A stretch of DNA of 63,366 bases, counting the filler, from Octopus bimaculoides (lineage: Eukaryota), in assembly GCF_001194135.2 (NCBI RefSeq). It is 4 parts of 4 records of this genome, joined end to end, with 100 filler letters (N's around TTAATTAATTAA, not from the genome) between each part and the next. Parts side by side here need not be neighbours in the genome. Positions count along the whole stretch, not along the records: positions 60,653 to 63,366 come from NC_068996.1; 3 more parts are not named here. One strand, written 5' to 3'. Each line of letters starts with the position of its first letter. Position 1 is the first letter of the stretch. Shown one piece after another: positions 61,995-63,366 of this stretch. The notes beneath the pieces were generated by a model that was not told where the DNA came from, ran no database searches, and saw only the letters and a program-made list of their open reading frames with translations. The position numbers and the translations under genes are program-made.

Positions 61995-62170
61995 CGCTGT
62001 GTATGTACCTATATGAACTTTTTACGTTCTAAGTTCAAATTCCGTCGAGGTCGACTTTGTCTTTCATTCTTTCGGGGTTACTAAATTAAGTACCAGCTGC
62101 GTACTGGGGTCGATCTAATCGACTGGCCCCTTCCCCAAAATTTCGGGCCTCGTGCCGAGAGTAGAAAAGT
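61995..62170 (+). mobile_element. SINE family C
   Basis: ttacgttctaagttcaaattccgtcgaggtcgac...ggcctcgtgccgagagtagaaaag. Confidence 0.8.
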
Positions 62171-62370
62171 ATGTATCTATGAACTTTTCTTTGGATTTAT
62201 GTATCTACTGTCTCTCTCACTTTCTTTCTCTTTCACTTCCTTTGTGTCCCTCTTCTCTCCCGCTTTTGATTTAACAATGTGTACATGTATCTATGTATCT
62301 ACTTCTCTTGCGATGTAATAAACATTTAAAAGCACAAAACGAACGCCGTCACCACTCACTGTCTCTTTCA

Positions 62371-62407
<37 letters not shown>

Positions 62408-62669
62408 TCACTCTCTCACTCTCTTTCTTTCTCTCTTACGTCCTCTCTGAAACATTTAAAAACACAAAACGAACGCTGTCACGACTCACTGTCTCTTTCA
62501 CTCTCTCTCTCTCTCTCTTTCTCTCTCACTCTCTCACTTTTCTTTTCCCTCTCACTCTCTGTCTCTCTCTTACTTCCTCTCTGTCCTCATTTCTCTCGCT
62601 CTGCCACTTCTTTGAATTGAGTGTGACGCACGCAACAGGTACCTAGAAAAGCAAAAAGTTAGCGTATTA

Positions 62670-62965
62670 ATATTATTGATAATATGGAGACCTGAGAATT
62701 ATGATCGCCAAGATGTGACAGTTGCGAGAGTCAAACATAAAGTTGTTATTTTTATCATTAGAGCATTGGTTTCCATAGCACCCAGCTTGAAGAAACATCT
62801 GGAAACTTTAGAAATAACCTATAATCTAGATGTGTAGCAAAAAACGGCTTTACTTGGAACTACTCGCATACTGCGTAAAGGGCTGTTTTTCTGAGAACTT
62901 TGTGACTTGTCAGAGGGTACAAACAATTTCTTCAACCACAACACAAAACTGGATACTGTGTGAAT
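62670..62965 (+). mobile_element. Old R4-like 3' end
   Basis: YGDLRIMIAKM...IRALVSIAPSLKKHLETL...QKTALLGTTRILRK; followed by (caa)(taa)n. Confidence 0.7.
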
Positions 62966-63029
62966 TCTTCAACAACAGCAACAATAACAAAAAAGCAACA
63001 ATAATAACAATAACGATAATAATAATAAT

Positions 63030-63099
<70 letters not shown>

Positions 63100-63366
63100 T
63101 GACTGAAAATGGCATGGAAAACCTCTCAATGGCAAATACCCAAAGAGAGCGAATAATGCAGATATTGACAAAGCCCTTACCCACCAATGGTTAATGGCCT
63201 CTGGCTTGAAATCAGAAACAGAGGGGTTTATCATAGCAGCCCAAGATCAATGCCTACCTACAAAGAACTACCAGGCCAACATATTAAAGAACGGCAGCTC
63301 CTCATTATGTCGTATATGCCAACAACAAAATGAGACCATCGATCATGTTGTCTCCATGTGCAGTCT
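63100..63366 (+). mobile_element. R4-like 5'-truncated copy, open frame to the window end
   Basis: KWHGKPLNGKYPKR...KSETEGFIIAAQDQCL...CRICQQQNETIDHVVSMCS (CCHC); colinear with ~23806-24062; begins right after (aat)n. Confidence 0.88.

Overview
AT-rich, microsatellite-dense animal genomic DNA with many N gaps. The repeat families most resemble those I associate with octopod cephalopods (recognition, not a database result). Three artificial 100-bp linkers (44N-TTAATTAATTAA-44N) split the window into four segments that may not be contiguous. Most interpretable sequence is decayed mobile DNA: several tRNA-headed SINE families (labelled A, B, C, E, F here), R4/Dong-like RLE non-LTR retrotransposons beside (TAA)n arrays, RTE 3' ends, mariner and maT transposons, Helitron pieces and MITEs. 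The best host-gene evidence is a + strand 43-nt exon (13379-13421) in phase with a GC-rich Thr/Ser/Asn/Gln low-complexity exon (17328 to the gap); I cannot name the gene. A weaker - strand exon chain (49620 to 39093) may encode a signal-anchor protein. No CRISPR array, rRNA or intact tRNA gene was seen, and I found no clear novel multi-gene system. The best leads are (TAA)n targeting coupled to SINE tails, hammerhead-like motifs, a perfect 54-bp hairpin and the two candidate genes.
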